From IMG/VR virus record IMGVR_UViG_2061766007_000215: 56,176 nt of DNA; one strand, 5' to 3'. This document shows, piece by piece, positions 1 to 9,593 of the stretch. The notes beneath the pieces were generated by a model. The model was not told the origin of the DNA and made no database searches. It was given only the letters and a program-made list of their open reading frames with translations. This DNA comes from an uncultured virus (IMG/VR IMGVR_UViG_2061766007_000215) (taxonomy: Duplodnaviria > Heunggongvirae > Uroviricota > Caudoviricetes). Position numbers and translations under genes: made by a program. The number at the start of each line of letters is the position of its first letter. The stretch's first letter is position 1.

Positions 1-103
1 TGAAAATAGGGAATTAAAAATAGGGAAATAAAAAATTGAAAATTAAGAATGTGAAATATTATAATATGATTAGGGAGTGGGAAATGAAAATTGGGGTTGA
101 CAA
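1..103. repeat. Left arm of ~100-bp imperfect inverted repeat (partner 4202-4304)
   Basis: 1-50 and 78-103 are reverse complements of 4255-4304 and 4202-4227; the middles differ. Confidence 0.9.
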
Positions 104-120
104 CCTCAAATCAACCCCAA
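91..120 (-). terminator. Hairpin terminator of the leftward early gene array
   Basis: TTGGGGTTGA...TCAACCCCAA perfect 10-bp stem, followed by TTTT on the minus strand, downstream of 159..611. Confidence 0.55.
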
Positions 121-158
121 AGACAAATGAGAAGAAAACACAAAACAAAAATTAAAAA

Positions 159-611
159 TTAAAAACCACCACTACGTTTAATTATGTCAAGAATGAATTT
201 TATTCTTTTATCAAATCTATCTTTATCAGTTTTGGAAACGCTTAAAATCCATTCATTATTGTTATTATGATAATATTCAAAACTAATACTATATTCATTT
301 AAATCTCTTGTCATTATATTAAATTCTTTTATAATTCTTCTTGCCTGTTTTTCATTTGGAAGTTTCATTACTTCTATAAAATTCAAATCATAAAATATAT
401 TATTTTCATCTTCTTCCTCATATTCTTCATTATCATAATAATCATCACAATAATCAAAAAATTTTTCATCCAACGTCTGTTCTGTATATGTTGTATAAAA
501 ATCCAACATACATTCTAAACTACAATAATAATCTAAAGTCTTTTCATCTTTATATATTTTATCTCCAACTTTTAATTCTTTACCACATACACAACATTTT
601 ATAGTATTCAT
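159..611 (-). CDS. Hypothetical protein, N-terminal Zn-finger (CxxC...YCSxxC) and acidic linker
   Basis: ORF, GGAG RBS, Cys motif. Confidence 0.75.
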   Translation of the reverse strand: MNTIKCCVCGKELKVGDKIYKDEKTLDYYCSLECMLDFYTTYTEQTLDEKFFDYCDDYYDNEEYEEEDENNIFYDLNFIEVMKLPNEKQARRIIKEFNIMTRDLNEYSISFEYYHNNNNEWILSVSKTDKDRFDKRIKFILDIIKRSGGF

Positions 612-613
612 AT

Positions 614-910
614 TTACTCCTTATCTTTATAATCACTCTTATCTTTACTTACCACATCACCACAATATAAACCACCATCTTCAAAAGCATTATTCATACA
701 TACAAGAAATGTTGACATAAGATTTCTAAATGTTCTATCATCAAGATAATAGTCATCTACATTTGAAAAATCAAGATTTCCATAATCAATATCTCCGTCT
801 GCAACCCCACACATAAGCCACGTATCAAGAACATCTTCATTGTTTATCTGTCTTGCGATAAACTCCATACAGGAAACCATTTTTGCACGTTCAATTATCT
901 TATTATCCAT
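614..910 (-). CDS. Acidic hypothetical phage protein (start at MDNKII)
   Basis: GAGG RBS and own promoter (-35 at 959-964). Confidence 0.75.
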   Translation of the reverse strand: MDNKIIERAKMVSCMEFIARQINNEDVLDTWLMCGVADGDIDYGNLDFSNVDDYYLDDRTFRNLMSTFLVCMNNAFEDGGLYCGDVVSKDKSDYKDKE

Positions 911-967
911 TATTTTACCTCTCTTTTCTAAAAATAATATATCATAATTAAAATCAAATGTCAAGTA

Positions 968-1168
968 TTAATCAACATAAATTGTACATTTTGTTATTGT
1001 GACCAAATCACCTTCATCATCATAAGCCTGTATATTTGAACCTACTTTCATTTTTTCAAGGTCGTTTAAAGCCGTTTCTAAATCAAAATCATCATTGTTT
1101 TCAAACAGATATTCATCTGCATCACCTTCAAAAATTGTTTCGTTAAACTTATCTACCATAATCTGCAT
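968..1168 (-). CDS. Small acidic hypothetical protein
   Basis: GGAGG RBS, ORF. Confidence 0.75.
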   Translation of the reverse strand: MQIMVDKFNETIFEGDADEYLFENNDDFDLETALNDLEKMKVGSNIQAYDDEGDLVTITKCTIYVD

Positions 1169-1169
1169 T

Positions 1170-1463
1170 TTAAATTACCTCCTCAATTCTTATATATCTT
1201 TTTGAAAAATCTTCAATTTCTGCAATAGCCTTTTTATATTCTTCTGTTGTAAAATCAGTAACCATATACTGACCATTCGAATCTCCAACCCATTCCATCA
1301 TATAGATAAGACATTCTTCGGAAGATTGATTAGGGTTATATTCTTTTACAAGTTTTGCCATAAGAATTACATCTTTACGTGTATTCCTACATTCACATAA
1401 ACGATAATAACAATCATTATCTACTTTTTTAAGTTTTTCACGCCAATCATTATTCCATTTCAT
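1170..1463 (-). CDS. Hypothetical protein
   Basis: AAGGAGG RBS, own promoter (-35 at 1511-1516). Confidence 0.8.
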   Translation of the reverse strand: MKWNNDWREKLKKVDNDCYYRLCECRNTRKDVILMAKLVKEYNPNQSSEECLIYMMEWVGDSNGQYMVTDFTTEEYKKAIAEIEDFSKRYIRIEEVI

Positions 1464-1512
1464 ATTGTTTCCTCCTTTTCTGTTACCACTATATCATATC
1501 TATAATGAAATG

Positions 1513-1707
1513 TCAATACTTTTTGAAAAACTTTTTTAACTTTGAATATCCTGTAAAGATATATAATGGATTTTGATTATTATAATCATATATCCATATA
1601 TAATCTGTCATTGTATCAATAAATATAAGTATATTTCCTATCCAAAATAATTCTTTGCAATTACCCCAAGTATTCATTTTCATCACCAAATTCATTAAAC
1701 CAATCAA
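1513..1707 (-). CDS. Small hypothetical protein (start uncertain)
   Basis: ORF in operon; its stop TGA lies inside the next promoter's TTGACA. Confidence 0.55.
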   Translation of the reverse strand: MIGLMNLVMKMNTWGNCKELFWIGNILIFIDTMTDYIWIYDYNNQNPLYIFTGYSKLKKFFKKY

Positions 1708-1870
1708 TTATATCATCATATAAACAATATCCATCACATTCTGTATCATCCCATATAGCAGTTTCACATAATATGTCTAATACATATGGGCTGTTTTTTT
1801 GTTTTTGTAATAAATCATAGGTTGCTTTAAGTAATATTTTTGCTCTTTTTATTGCATCTTGATTATTCAT
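1661..1870 (-). CDS. Small acidic hypothetical protein
   Basis: AAGGAG RBS before MNNQ. Confidence 0.7.
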   Translation of the reverse strand: MNNQDAIKRAKILLKATYDLLQKQKNSPYVLDILCETAIWDDTECDGYCLYDDIIDWFNEFGDENEYLG

Positions 1871-1906
1871 TTTTATACTCCTTAATAAAATCACGTATTC
1901 ATAAAT

Positions 1907-2086
1907 TTACCTTATTCCAAAATATTTCTTAATATGTTCTATATCTTCTATTGCATTAACACTAGGCGCAGGGGCTTTGTGTGTGCCTTGCATAATTGTA
2001 TTTTTATTTTTCTTTTTTATGTCTTTATCTCCAATTGTATATAGTATAGTTGGATTATTTGAAAGTAAATTACCTAATATCCACAT
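1907..2086 (-). CDS. Small hypothetical protein
   Basis: AAGGAGG RBS before MWILG, own promoter. Confidence 0.65.
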   Translation of the reverse strand: MWILGNLLSNNPTILYTIGDKDIKKKNKNTIMQGTHKAPAPSVNAIEDIEHIKKYFGIR

Positions 2087-2134
2087 AATTTTTACCTCCT
2101 TATGTATATACAATACCATATTTCATATTAAATG

Positions 2135-2686
2135 TCAAGCCGTTTTATGTAAAAGTTTATTAATTTCCTTATTTGCTCTATCAAGTGCATTGGAATGATA
2201 TTCTATATTCCAATCATAACTATGCTTAGCATTATCGAGCATACGTTTATATTCAGCCGTAATATTTTCAATTTTCTGCTGATATTCAGCCATAGCATTA
2301 TCAAGATTTTTCTTGTGATATTTTCTATCGTGTAAAGCAGTACGCATTTTTACTGCATTACTCCTATTATCGTGCCATACTAAATTATTACTGAGCGGTG
2401 TATTAAGAAGATTTTCAAAATCTATAACCGATATAGGCTTGTTTACATAACCGTTTTTACGTGACCATATATGACCAAATCTTATACCACCATTAATTGA
2501 GTTGGTATGAATATAATTTTCATTATATCCTAACTCAATAAACCTATCGGTTTTAGGATTTCTAATAATCCAAGCCCTATCTTTACGAATCACATAACCA
2601 AGTTTTTCAAGTTCAAACTGATTTCTTGCCTTACGTTTTCTGCTATCCGTTGTAATTGCTTCAATAATCATTTCATTTACTGTCAT
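2135..2686 (-). CDS. Hypothetical protein with C-terminal coiled coil
   Basis: GGAGG RBS, own promoter. Confidence 0.8.
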   Translation of the reverse strand: MTVNEMIIEAITTDSRKRKARNQFELEKLGYVIRKDRAWIIRNPKTDRFIELGYNENYIHTNSINGGIRFGHIWSRKNGYVNKPISVIDFENLLNTPLSNNLVWHDNRSNAVKMRTALHDRKYHKKNLDNAMAEYQQKIENITAEYKRMLDNAKHSYDWNIEYHSNALDRANKEINKLLHKTA

Positions 2687-2730
2687 TGTTATTACCTCCT
2701 CTTGATAATACTACTATATCATATCTAAAA

Positions 2731-2898
2731 TCATTTGTCAAGTTCTTTTATGGTTATTGTACAAAAAGTTCCTGCTTCATAATATGCTTTATTTGCTTTT
2801 TCTGCCGTAGTATATACACCTATAATTCTATCTGCGTATGATTCACCTTTAGCGTTCTTTTCAAAAGCAATAACTACATACACTTCTTTATTTTTCAT
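2731..2898 (-). CDS. Small hypothetical protein (VYVV...IIGVYTTxEKA type)
   Basis: GGAGG RBS before MKNK, own promoter. Confidence 0.7.
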   Translation of the reverse strand: MKNKEVYVVIAFEKNAKGESYADRIIGVYTTAEKANKAYYEAGTFCTITIKELDK

Positions 2899-2955
2899 AT
2901 TTTTTACCTCCTGTACTTGTTGTTGAATATACAATACCATATTTTCAATTAAATG

Positions 2956-3507
2956 TCAATACCATTTTAAAATTTCTTCAAGTAAATCTTTTTTCTCGGT
3001 TTCGTAAAAACATCCCATATCTTTATTTTCTTCGTGATTATATACGCTATACTCTTCGGAAAATATGTTTATATCAGCACTATATTTATCACTTATATCT
3101 ACTATTTGATAAACACTTTCCATTTGAAATAATTGAGTTAAAACACAATCATCATAATAATCATTCATTTCAACTACAAAATCATCACTAAATCCATATC
3201 TTGCATCACCAAATAAATGTACACAGATTATAGCAATAGGATTTCCCTTTTTATACCAAATTGAAATATCCTTATCAATACAATTACCATAATTATATGA
3301 ATAATAATTATCAGCATCCTTTTTAAATTCTGAAATAAATTCATCAGTAGCGTCTATTTCATAATCTTTAAGTTCTTCAAGATAAGGAATAATATCTCCA
3401 CAAATCACATCATTAGATATATTCCCATTTTCATCGTAAATCCAAGCCCTATTTTCACCTAATCTACTTGCTTTTACCGCTTCAATTACATTTGTTAATC
3501 TTGACAT
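2956..3507 (-). CDS. Acidic hypothetical protein
   Basis: GGAGG RBS before MSRL, own promoter. Confidence 0.8.
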   Translation of the reverse strand: MSRLTNVIEAVKASRLGENRAWIYDENGNISNDVICGDIIPYLEELKDYEIDATDEFISEFKKDADNYYSYNYGNCIDKDISIWYKKGNPIAIICVHLFGDARYGFSDDFVVEMNDYYDDCVLTQLFQMESVYQIVDISDKYSADINIFSEEYSVYNHEENKDMGCFYETEKKDLLEEILKWY

Positions 3508-3573
3508 ATTATACCTCCTAATCGGTTGCAATTTTGTTTTCTGAAAATACTATATCATATCTGTTTTAAAATG

Positions 3574-4143
3574 TCAACACTTATTTGCAAGTTTTGTTAA
3601 CTGTTTTGTGTATTTAATCATTTTGGTTCTAACTGCCGTTTTCTGTTTAATAGTTAAGAATCCATTTTTGATTAGAAATTCTGCACAACTTGATAAAAAT
3701 TGAGCGTCAACACTATTAAATCCTACGCCATTTTCTGTTATAGTATCTTTTGCACTCTTTTCATCTGCCGTTTGATAACTATAAAGAATCTTTAATGAAC
3801 GATATAACATAGTATCATTAGTCTGTAAAAGTCTTTTAATATCATCAGTAGTCCATACTCTTTTTGGATTTTCGATAATTTCAACTCCGTTATTTGATAA
3901 CCATTTTGCAAAAGTTACTTTTGCTTCTGCAATAGGATATTCTACGGTTGTTCTATAAGGCATAAAATGTGTTTCGATATTATAGTTTTCTTTTACTATA
4001 TTAGAAAACTTTTCCATTATCTGTTTATTTGCTTTTTCTGCCTGTATTTCCTGTTCATAACTATCAATATACATAGTGAACGGGTCATAACTTCTACATA
4101 ATGTAAATAATTTTTCAAAATCGTTTTTCGTTATTGTTTTCAT
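3574..4143 (-). CDS. Hypothetical phage protein (C-terminal QTxDE...NGVGFNxxDAxFLSSxA motif)
   Basis: GGAGG RBS, own promoter at ~4180-4208. Confidence 0.8.
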   Translation of the reverse strand: MKTITKNDFEKLFTLCRSYDPFTMYIDSYEQEIQAEKANKQIMEKFSNIVKENYNIETHFMPYRTTVEYPIAEAKVTFAKWLSNNGVEIIENPKRVWTTDDIKRLLQTNDTMLYRSLKILYSYQTADEKSAKDTITENGVGFNSVDAQFLSSCAEFLIKNGFLTIKQKTAVRTKMIKYTKQLTKLANKC

Positions 4144-4201
4144 TTCTCATTTCCTCCGTTGAATATTTGTTACGCTAATAATTTATCATACCTTTATCTA
4201 T

Positions 4202-4304
4202 TTGTCAACCCCAATTTTCATTTCCCAATCTAATCATATATTATAATATTCCCTATTCTTAATTTTCAATTTTTTATTTCCCTATTTTTAATTCCCTATT
4301 TTCA
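4202..4304. repeat. Right arm of imperfect inverted repeat (partner 1-103); contains the -35 of the first leftward promoter
   Basis: Direct comparison. Confidence 0.9.
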
Positions 4305-5086
4305 ATTTTCATTTTCAATTCTCAACAACCTTTCAAATACTATTCTTATTTTCCATTTTCAGACCTTAAATACATTCTAATATATAAATATGTATATATC
4401 TACATAAAATTCAAATATGAGCCATTTAAACGAGTTTTAAGACTATACACCCATTGAGTGTATTCAGATTATAGATTATCGGCAAATTTTAGATTTTTTG
4501 CCGTTATATAGTTCCCGTACCCTTATTGAAAATATTATAATATTTTTCATTCTAACCCTTTCTAAATTACCTAACAGGTAAATCTGAACTATGTTTCACG
4601 TAATGTTTCATGCAATATATGTGAGTGATTAATTGATTTTATCACATTTTATGAGGGAGTTAATATTTTAATATTTAAAGTTATTCAGTTGAATTTAAGT
4701 TATTCTAGGTAAAACTTTAACTTTTACCTATATTTACCAAACTAGTCGATTTTAATTTACCAAACTAGTCAATTATTATTATATCTGAATAATATGTATA
4801 TATACTATGATTGATACCATATATCTAAATAATATACATATATACTACGACAGATACCATACATACCATATATAACACATATTAGCCCCGTATATTTGCG
4901 CCCGTATTATATAGACTAGACGGGTCAAATTTGATTTTTAATTTCGACTTCTGCGGTCAATCGTAAAATATTATAATATTTTTCACGCCTCAACCCGCAC
5001 AAAAATATTATAATATTTTTATTTTTAATTTTAGACTTGACATTTTATTGGGGGTGTGATATTATATTCGCAGGAGGTGGATACAA

Positions 5087-5239
5087 ATGTTTGATGCGGT
5101 ATATTTTAATACAAAAGAAAAAATGATGCGGTGTTTTAATATTTTAATAAAGGATAGCAAAAGATACGCACATACTTTTCGTTTAATAGAACCCGTTGAA
5201 GATAACAGATACTACATATATTATATAAGAAAAATGTAA
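5087..5239 (+). CDS. 50-aa hypothetical protein (not in ORF track)
   Basis: AGGAGG RBS, ATG 5087, TAA 5237. Confidence 0.6.
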   Translation: MFDAVYFNTKEKMMRCFNILIKDSKRYAHTFRLIEPVEDNRYYIYYIRKM

Positions 5240-5321
5240 AAAAAACTGTTGACAAATGATTTCTATTATGATAATATGATTACAGAACAAGAAAACAATT
5301 AGCCAATAGGAGGGTAAAAAA

Positions 5322-5567
5322 ATGAAAATTTACAAGGATTATGATTTTAATGATTTGATGGATGCTTGTTGGAGTGGTGCTATTGATACGCTTAATACAA
5401 TACAGGAAAACGATAAAGAAGAAGAACTTATGTCACTTTTGTCTTTAGATTGTTTTTCTGATACGCCCGACCTTACAGAAGTAAATGACCTTCTGTGGTT
5501 TGAAGATGAGTGGATTTTTGAAATGCTTGGTATTAGCACCGAAGAAGAGGATGAAGATGATGATTAA
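5322..5567 (+). CDS. Highly acidic small protein
   Basis: GGAGG RBS, own promoter, D/E-rich. Confidence 0.8.
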   Translation: MKIYKDYDFNDLMDACWSGAIDTLNTIQENDKEEELMSLLSLDCFSDTPDLTEVNDLLWFEDEWIFEMLGISTEEEDEDDD

Positions 5568-5757
5568 ATATTCATTAGAAATTAAAAGAAGTAATAATGG
5601 TAGTTTTATTCGACAGGTAGATATATTTAATACTTATAAAGAAGCAGAAAAATATGTAGATACATTTCCATTAAACGATGAAATGTATTATTCGATTTGG
5701 TGTATAGAATACGATAACCGTGGTGAAGAAATAGACTATTATCCTATATATAATTAA
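5560..5757 (+). CDS. Small hypothetical protein
   Basis: ATG overlapping upstream stop region. Confidence 0.65.
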   Translation: MIKYSLEIKRSNNGSFIRQVDIFNTYKEAEKYVDTFPLNDEMYYSIWCIEYDNRGEEIDYYPIYN

Positions 5758-5768
5758 GGAAGTATATT

Positions 5769-5906
5769 ATGTTAGACAAAAATAAACAAAAACTGAAACG
5801 CAAGCAGGAACGTGAAACCTTTGTAGGTTTTCGCCCTTCGGTTATAGACCACGGGAAGATATACACCCGCAAAACAAAACACAAGAAGCCTTATTCTGCG
5901 GAGTAG
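5769..5906 (+). CDS. 45-aa basic protein resembling ArfA/BrfA ribosome-rescue factors (not in ORF track)
   Basis: MLDKNKQKLKRKQERETFVGFRPSVIDHGKIYTRKTKHKKPYSAE; AAGGA RBS. Confidence 0.5.
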   Translation: MLDKNKQKLKRKQERETFVGFRPSVIDHGKIYTRKTKHKKPYSAE

Positions 5907-6064
5907 GGTAACTTGTGTTTTTATTTTTCAGACTCTAAAAATATTATAATATTTTTCAGATGACACGAAAATATTATAATATTTTTAATTTTAAAAACTT
6001 CAAAATTAGTATTGACTTTTGTTTTTGTATATGATAATATGATATTAGAAAAGGAGGTAATTAT

Positions 6065-6232
6065 ATGAATGAATATAAAGAACTTGATTTTGTAGGTTTT
6101 AATTATAAGGGTTATAATATCGTATATAATATGTATGGTATAAATGAATATACTGTTCAGTATTGCGGAGATGAATATTGTTTTGAAACAGAAAAGGACG
6201 CAGAAATTTTTATTGATAGTCTTGACAAATAG
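6065..6232 (+). CDS. 55-aa acidic hypothetical protein (not in ORF track)
   Basis: AAGGAGG RBS, own promoter. Confidence 0.7.
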   Translation: MNEYKELDFVGFNYKGYNIVYNMYGINEYTVQYCGDEYCFETEKDAEIFIDSLDK

Positions 6233-6256
6233 AATTAAATATGATATACTATAATT

Positions 6257-6410
6257 GTAGAGAGGTAAACCACAAAACGTAGTAGGGTGTTGAGGGGTTG
6301 TTACAATCAAGCAATATCCGAACCAAATGCAGGTTGTTAAAATTCAATTCATTTTATCGTTTTTGTCCTCCTTTTGGCAAAGGCAAGTCTGAAAATGGCT
6401 TGCCTTTTTA
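6257..6410 (+). ncRNA. Candidate ~150-nt sRNA
   Basis: Promoter 6222-6250, terminator 6379-6409, no RBS-led ORF, CCTCCTTTT just before the terminator. Confidence 0.5.
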
Positions 6411-6639
6411 TTATTATATAGTTAAAAATATTATAATATTTTGTATATGTAAATGCCGTACTATACAGAAAATATTATAATATTATTATATAAATCGAAA
6501 ATTATTATAATATTTTTGCACCCAAATTATACAGTATATTATAATATAATGTCAAAAACAGGTGCAAAAATTATTTTAAAAAACTATTGACATTATTATA
6601 TAATAGTGATATAGTATATACATAAGGAGGTATAAACAA

Positions 6640-6735
6640 ATGGCACTTATTGAGAAACTTGAACAGGCTTTTGATAATGAGGATTGGGAACTCGTTAATG
6701 AGATTCTTGATGAATTAGCAGAAAAGGAGGATTAA
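6640..6735 (+). CDS. 31-aa acidic peptide (not in ORF track)
   Basis: AAGGAGG RBS, in-frame TAA. Confidence 0.6.
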   Translation: MALIEKLEQAFDNEDWELVNEILDELAEKED

Positions 6736-6737
6736 TT

Positions 6738-6863
6738 ATGAAAGGATTTTATACAGGATATTATTATTGTGGATGGATTGATGGTAAATATTATATGTTT
6801 GCATCAGAGTCGGATTACAAAGAAGCGTATTATGATTACTATAATAGAATGGAGGAAGAATAA
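6738..6863 (+). CDS. 41-aa peptide (not in ORF track)
   Basis: AAGGAGG RBS, in-frame TAA. Confidence 0.6.
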   Translation: MKGFYTGYYYCGWIDGKYYMFASESDYKEAYYDYYNRMEEE

Positions 6864-6866
6864 ATT

Positions 6867-7034
6867 ATGTATTATCCAAAGTACATAAAAACATTTGATG
6901 GTTATATAGGTAAATTTTCTTATTTAGATTTTGGAGAATTTCCTGTTTATCGTTTTGAAGGCGGTGAACGCATAGCGGATGAATGGGAACTAAAAAATGG
7001 TAGTGATAATATAAATGATTTAATAGAAGAATAG
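6867..7034 (+). CDS. 55-aa protein (not in ORF track)
   Basis: GGAGG RBS, in-frame TAG. Confidence 0.6.
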   Translation: MYYPKYIKTFDGYIGKFSYLDFGEFPVYRFEGGERIADEWELKNGSDNINDLIEE

Positions 7035-7044
7035 AGGTGAATAT

Positions 7045-7317
7045 ATGTTTATAATTAGTTTAATGGTGCTTTTAACGGCTTTAAATCCATTTGTTGATAT
7101 TACAATTGGGCGGTGTTTAGATGAGCAAGGAAACGGCAAAGAATACAATGGAGAGCCGTATTATAATTATATAAACTATGGCGGTCACGGAGATATTCAC
7201 AAAAACGATATTGTTGTTACGGGTTTTATTCTTAATGAATATGGAGAATGTGAGTACAGATTATTTGATAAAGTTATTTTAAAAGATGCAAAAGAGGGAG
7301 ATATTTATGCTTATTGA
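7045..7317 (+). CDS. Protein with hydrophobic N-terminus (secreted or membrane-anchored)
   Basis: GAGGTG RBS; MFIISLMVLLTAL. Confidence 0.7.
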   Translation: MFIISLMVLLTALNPFVDITIGRCLDEQGNGKEYNGEPYYNYINYGGHGDIHKNDIVVTGFILNEYGECEYRLFDKVILKDAKEGDIYAY

Positions 7318-7507
7318 TGGTTTTGAATGTTGTTATAATTGTGATAATGAATTTTATTTTGTTATTAACCCAAAGGAAGATGTATTTGTAACTTGTCCTC
7401 ATTGTGGTACTATACAACACGCTTGCAGTTTGTGTGATAATCCTACTGATTGTAGTGGAAAAAGTTGTAAAAGAAATATTTTAAAGTCACTAGAAATGGA
7501 GGATTAA
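7307..7507 (+). CDS. Cys-rich zinc-ribbon protein
   Basis: CxxC repeats (CYNC, CPHC, CSLC); terminator 7519-7552. Confidence 0.7.
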   Translation: MLIDGFECCYNCDNEFYFVINPKEDVFVTCPHCGTIQHACSLCDNPTDCSGKSCKRNILKSLEMED

Positions 7508-7834
7508 TTTTAGTTTTTAAAAGGTAAACTATTTTAGTTTACCTTTTTTTTATTTTAAATTAACATGAAAATATTATAATATTTTTAATATCTATATATT
7601 GTATAATTGATTTTTATTTTTTAATTATAGATACTATATGTGGTAATTTATCAATAATGGCTGCAACGGGCAGCGGGCGCAGATATTTATAAATATTATA
7701 ATATTTTTTGATATTAAAACTTGAAAATTATTTTTAAATTTCTATTGACATTTTTGATTTTCTATGTTAATATATAATTGTCGAAAGACAAAAACACATT
7801 GTAAAACCTAAACAGAAAGGAAAGGTAAAAGATT

Positions 7835-8158
7835 ATGAGAAAGACAGAAGATTATTTGCAGGTATCAGTTGAACAGATGATTAACGACAGAGGAAATGGT
7901 GCGATGAATCAATTTGTAATTCACGATGGAAACTTGCTGATGTTTCAGAGTTACAGTTCGTTAATCGCAGTTGTTAATTACGACACAAAAGAAATTATAC
8001 TTGGTTCAGATTGGGATTATTCAGTTACCACAGGTAAGCACAGAAATATATTCTTTAGAGATTATGCTAACATACCCGATTTGGGGTCTAAAAAGGGCAT
8101 AGAAAAGGCTTTAAAAGACGGATTATGCAACAGGTGGACAATTAAACTTGGTGCATAA
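7835..8158 (+). CDS. Hypothetical phage protein (FQSYxSxIA...DYSxTTGKH motif)
   Basis: Own promoter, RBS and terminator (8186-8216). Confidence 0.8.
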   Translation: MRKTEDYLQVSVEQMINDRGNGAMNQFVIHDGNLLMFQSYSSLIAVVNYDTKEIILGSDWDYSVTTGKHRNIFFRDYANIPDLGSKKGIEKALKDGLCNRWTIKLGA

Positions 8159-8559
8159 AGTTTAGATAAAACCTCCTATTTTGCGAAAGGGTCACGGCAA
8201 ATGTCGTGGCTTTTTCATTTTGCGTTTTATAATCTTGAATGTATATGGTATCTAAATAATATAATATTTTTACTACTACGGATGTCATACGACATAAATA
8301 TTATAATATTATTGGCTAGTATGCGTATATATTATAATATTTATAAGACAGGACGGCGTGAAGTTTTGAAAACATTATAATATTTAAATGTTAAAGTTAA
8401 AAATATTATAATATTTTTGAGTGTAGCAGGTAGTCGTATGAAAATATTATAATATTCTTTAATATATAAAAAAAATAAAAAAAACTATTGACTTTTATTT
8501 CTAAATATGATATATTTATTACAGAAACAAACAAACGCACTACATAGGAGGTAATAATT

Positions 8560-8925
8560 ATGTTAAACAAAATTAGATTTTCTTTTAAGGTAGCAGATAA
8601 GCAGGATAATCTTTTCACACCTAATCACACACTTTTTAAGTGTAAGATTAAAGTAGATGGTTGTCAGTTTACGTTTAATTATCAATGTAATACGGCATAT
8701 TCTACACCTAATCTTTTAGATTGTATGTGTGCAATCATAAGTGATATGGATTGTTACGATATGAGTCGTGACGTTATAGATTTTTGTGATGAGTTTGGTT
8801 ATAGTGACACAAAAGGTATTAAGGCTTATAAGGCTTGCAAGAGAACAAGCAAGGCGTTACATCGTTTATTTACAGATGAAGAACTAGCAGAAATAGGTGA
8901 TGAACTTATGGAAGAGGGCTATTAA
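8560..8925 (+). CDS. Hypothetical phage protein (FCxEFGY motif)
   Basis: Own promoter, GGAGG RBS, terminator overlapping the stop. Confidence 0.8.
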   Translation: MLNKIRFSFKVADKQDNLFTPNHTLFKCKIKVDGCQFTFNYQCNTAYSTPNLLDCMCAIISDMDCYDMSRDVIDFCDEFGYSDTKGIKAYKACKRTSKALHRLFTDEELAEIGDELMEEGY

Positions 8926-9106
8926 GCCCTCTTTTTTATTTTTATAATTAGAAAAATATTATAATATTTTTAGATATANNNNNNNNNNNNNNNNNNNNNN
9001 NNNNNNNNNNNNNNNNNNNNTTTTCAAAAAAGGTATTGACATTTTCTATTATATAATATATAATAGAATTATCAAAGGAACACAAACAAAGCAGGAGGTA
9101 ACTAAA

Positions 9107-9364
9107 ATGACAAAAGCACAGATACTTGAACTCAAGGGCATTGAAGCACAGATTGCAGAACTTAAAAAAAAAGCAGATACAATCAAAGATGAAATGAAAG
9201 CCGAACTTGGAAACACAGAACACCTTGAAGTCGAGGGATTCAAAGTTAACTACACAATAGTTATTAGCACCACACTCGACAGTACCAAACTCAAAAAAGA
9301 ACTTCCCGATTTGTGGAAGAAATATTCAAAGGAAGGTATTACAAGAAGATTTTCTATTACGTAA
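9107..9364 (+). CDS. Small coiled-coil protein resembling the C-terminal domain of YqaJ-type recombinase nucleases
   Basis: LDSTKLKKELPDLWKKY...RRF motif; own promoter and terminator (9373-9403). Confidence 0.6.
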   Translation: MTKAQILELKGIEAQIAELKKKADTIKDEMKAELGNTEHLEVEGFKVNYTIVISTTLDSTKLKKELPDLWKKYSKEGITRRFSIT

Positions 9365-9593
9365 TCCATGATAAAAAGAGCCGAGAAATCGGTTCTTTTT
9401 TTTGTTTTTGTTTATGAGAAAATATTATAATATTTTTTAACCAATCAAAATATTATAATAACTGTTTATATAAATAAAATATTATAATAATTTTTAATTA
9501 TAAAAAATAAATTTAAAAAGACTTGACATTTTAATATAATAGTGATATAATATTAATGTAAACAAAAACAACATATAGAAAGGCGGTGTAATC

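Noticed and set aside
5921..9223. ORFs containing KNIIIF (5921..6310, 6298..6480, 8406..8618, 8948..9223) as a protein family
   Set aside because: KNIIIF is just the translated DNA palindrome; these ORFs lack RBS and overlap real cassettes
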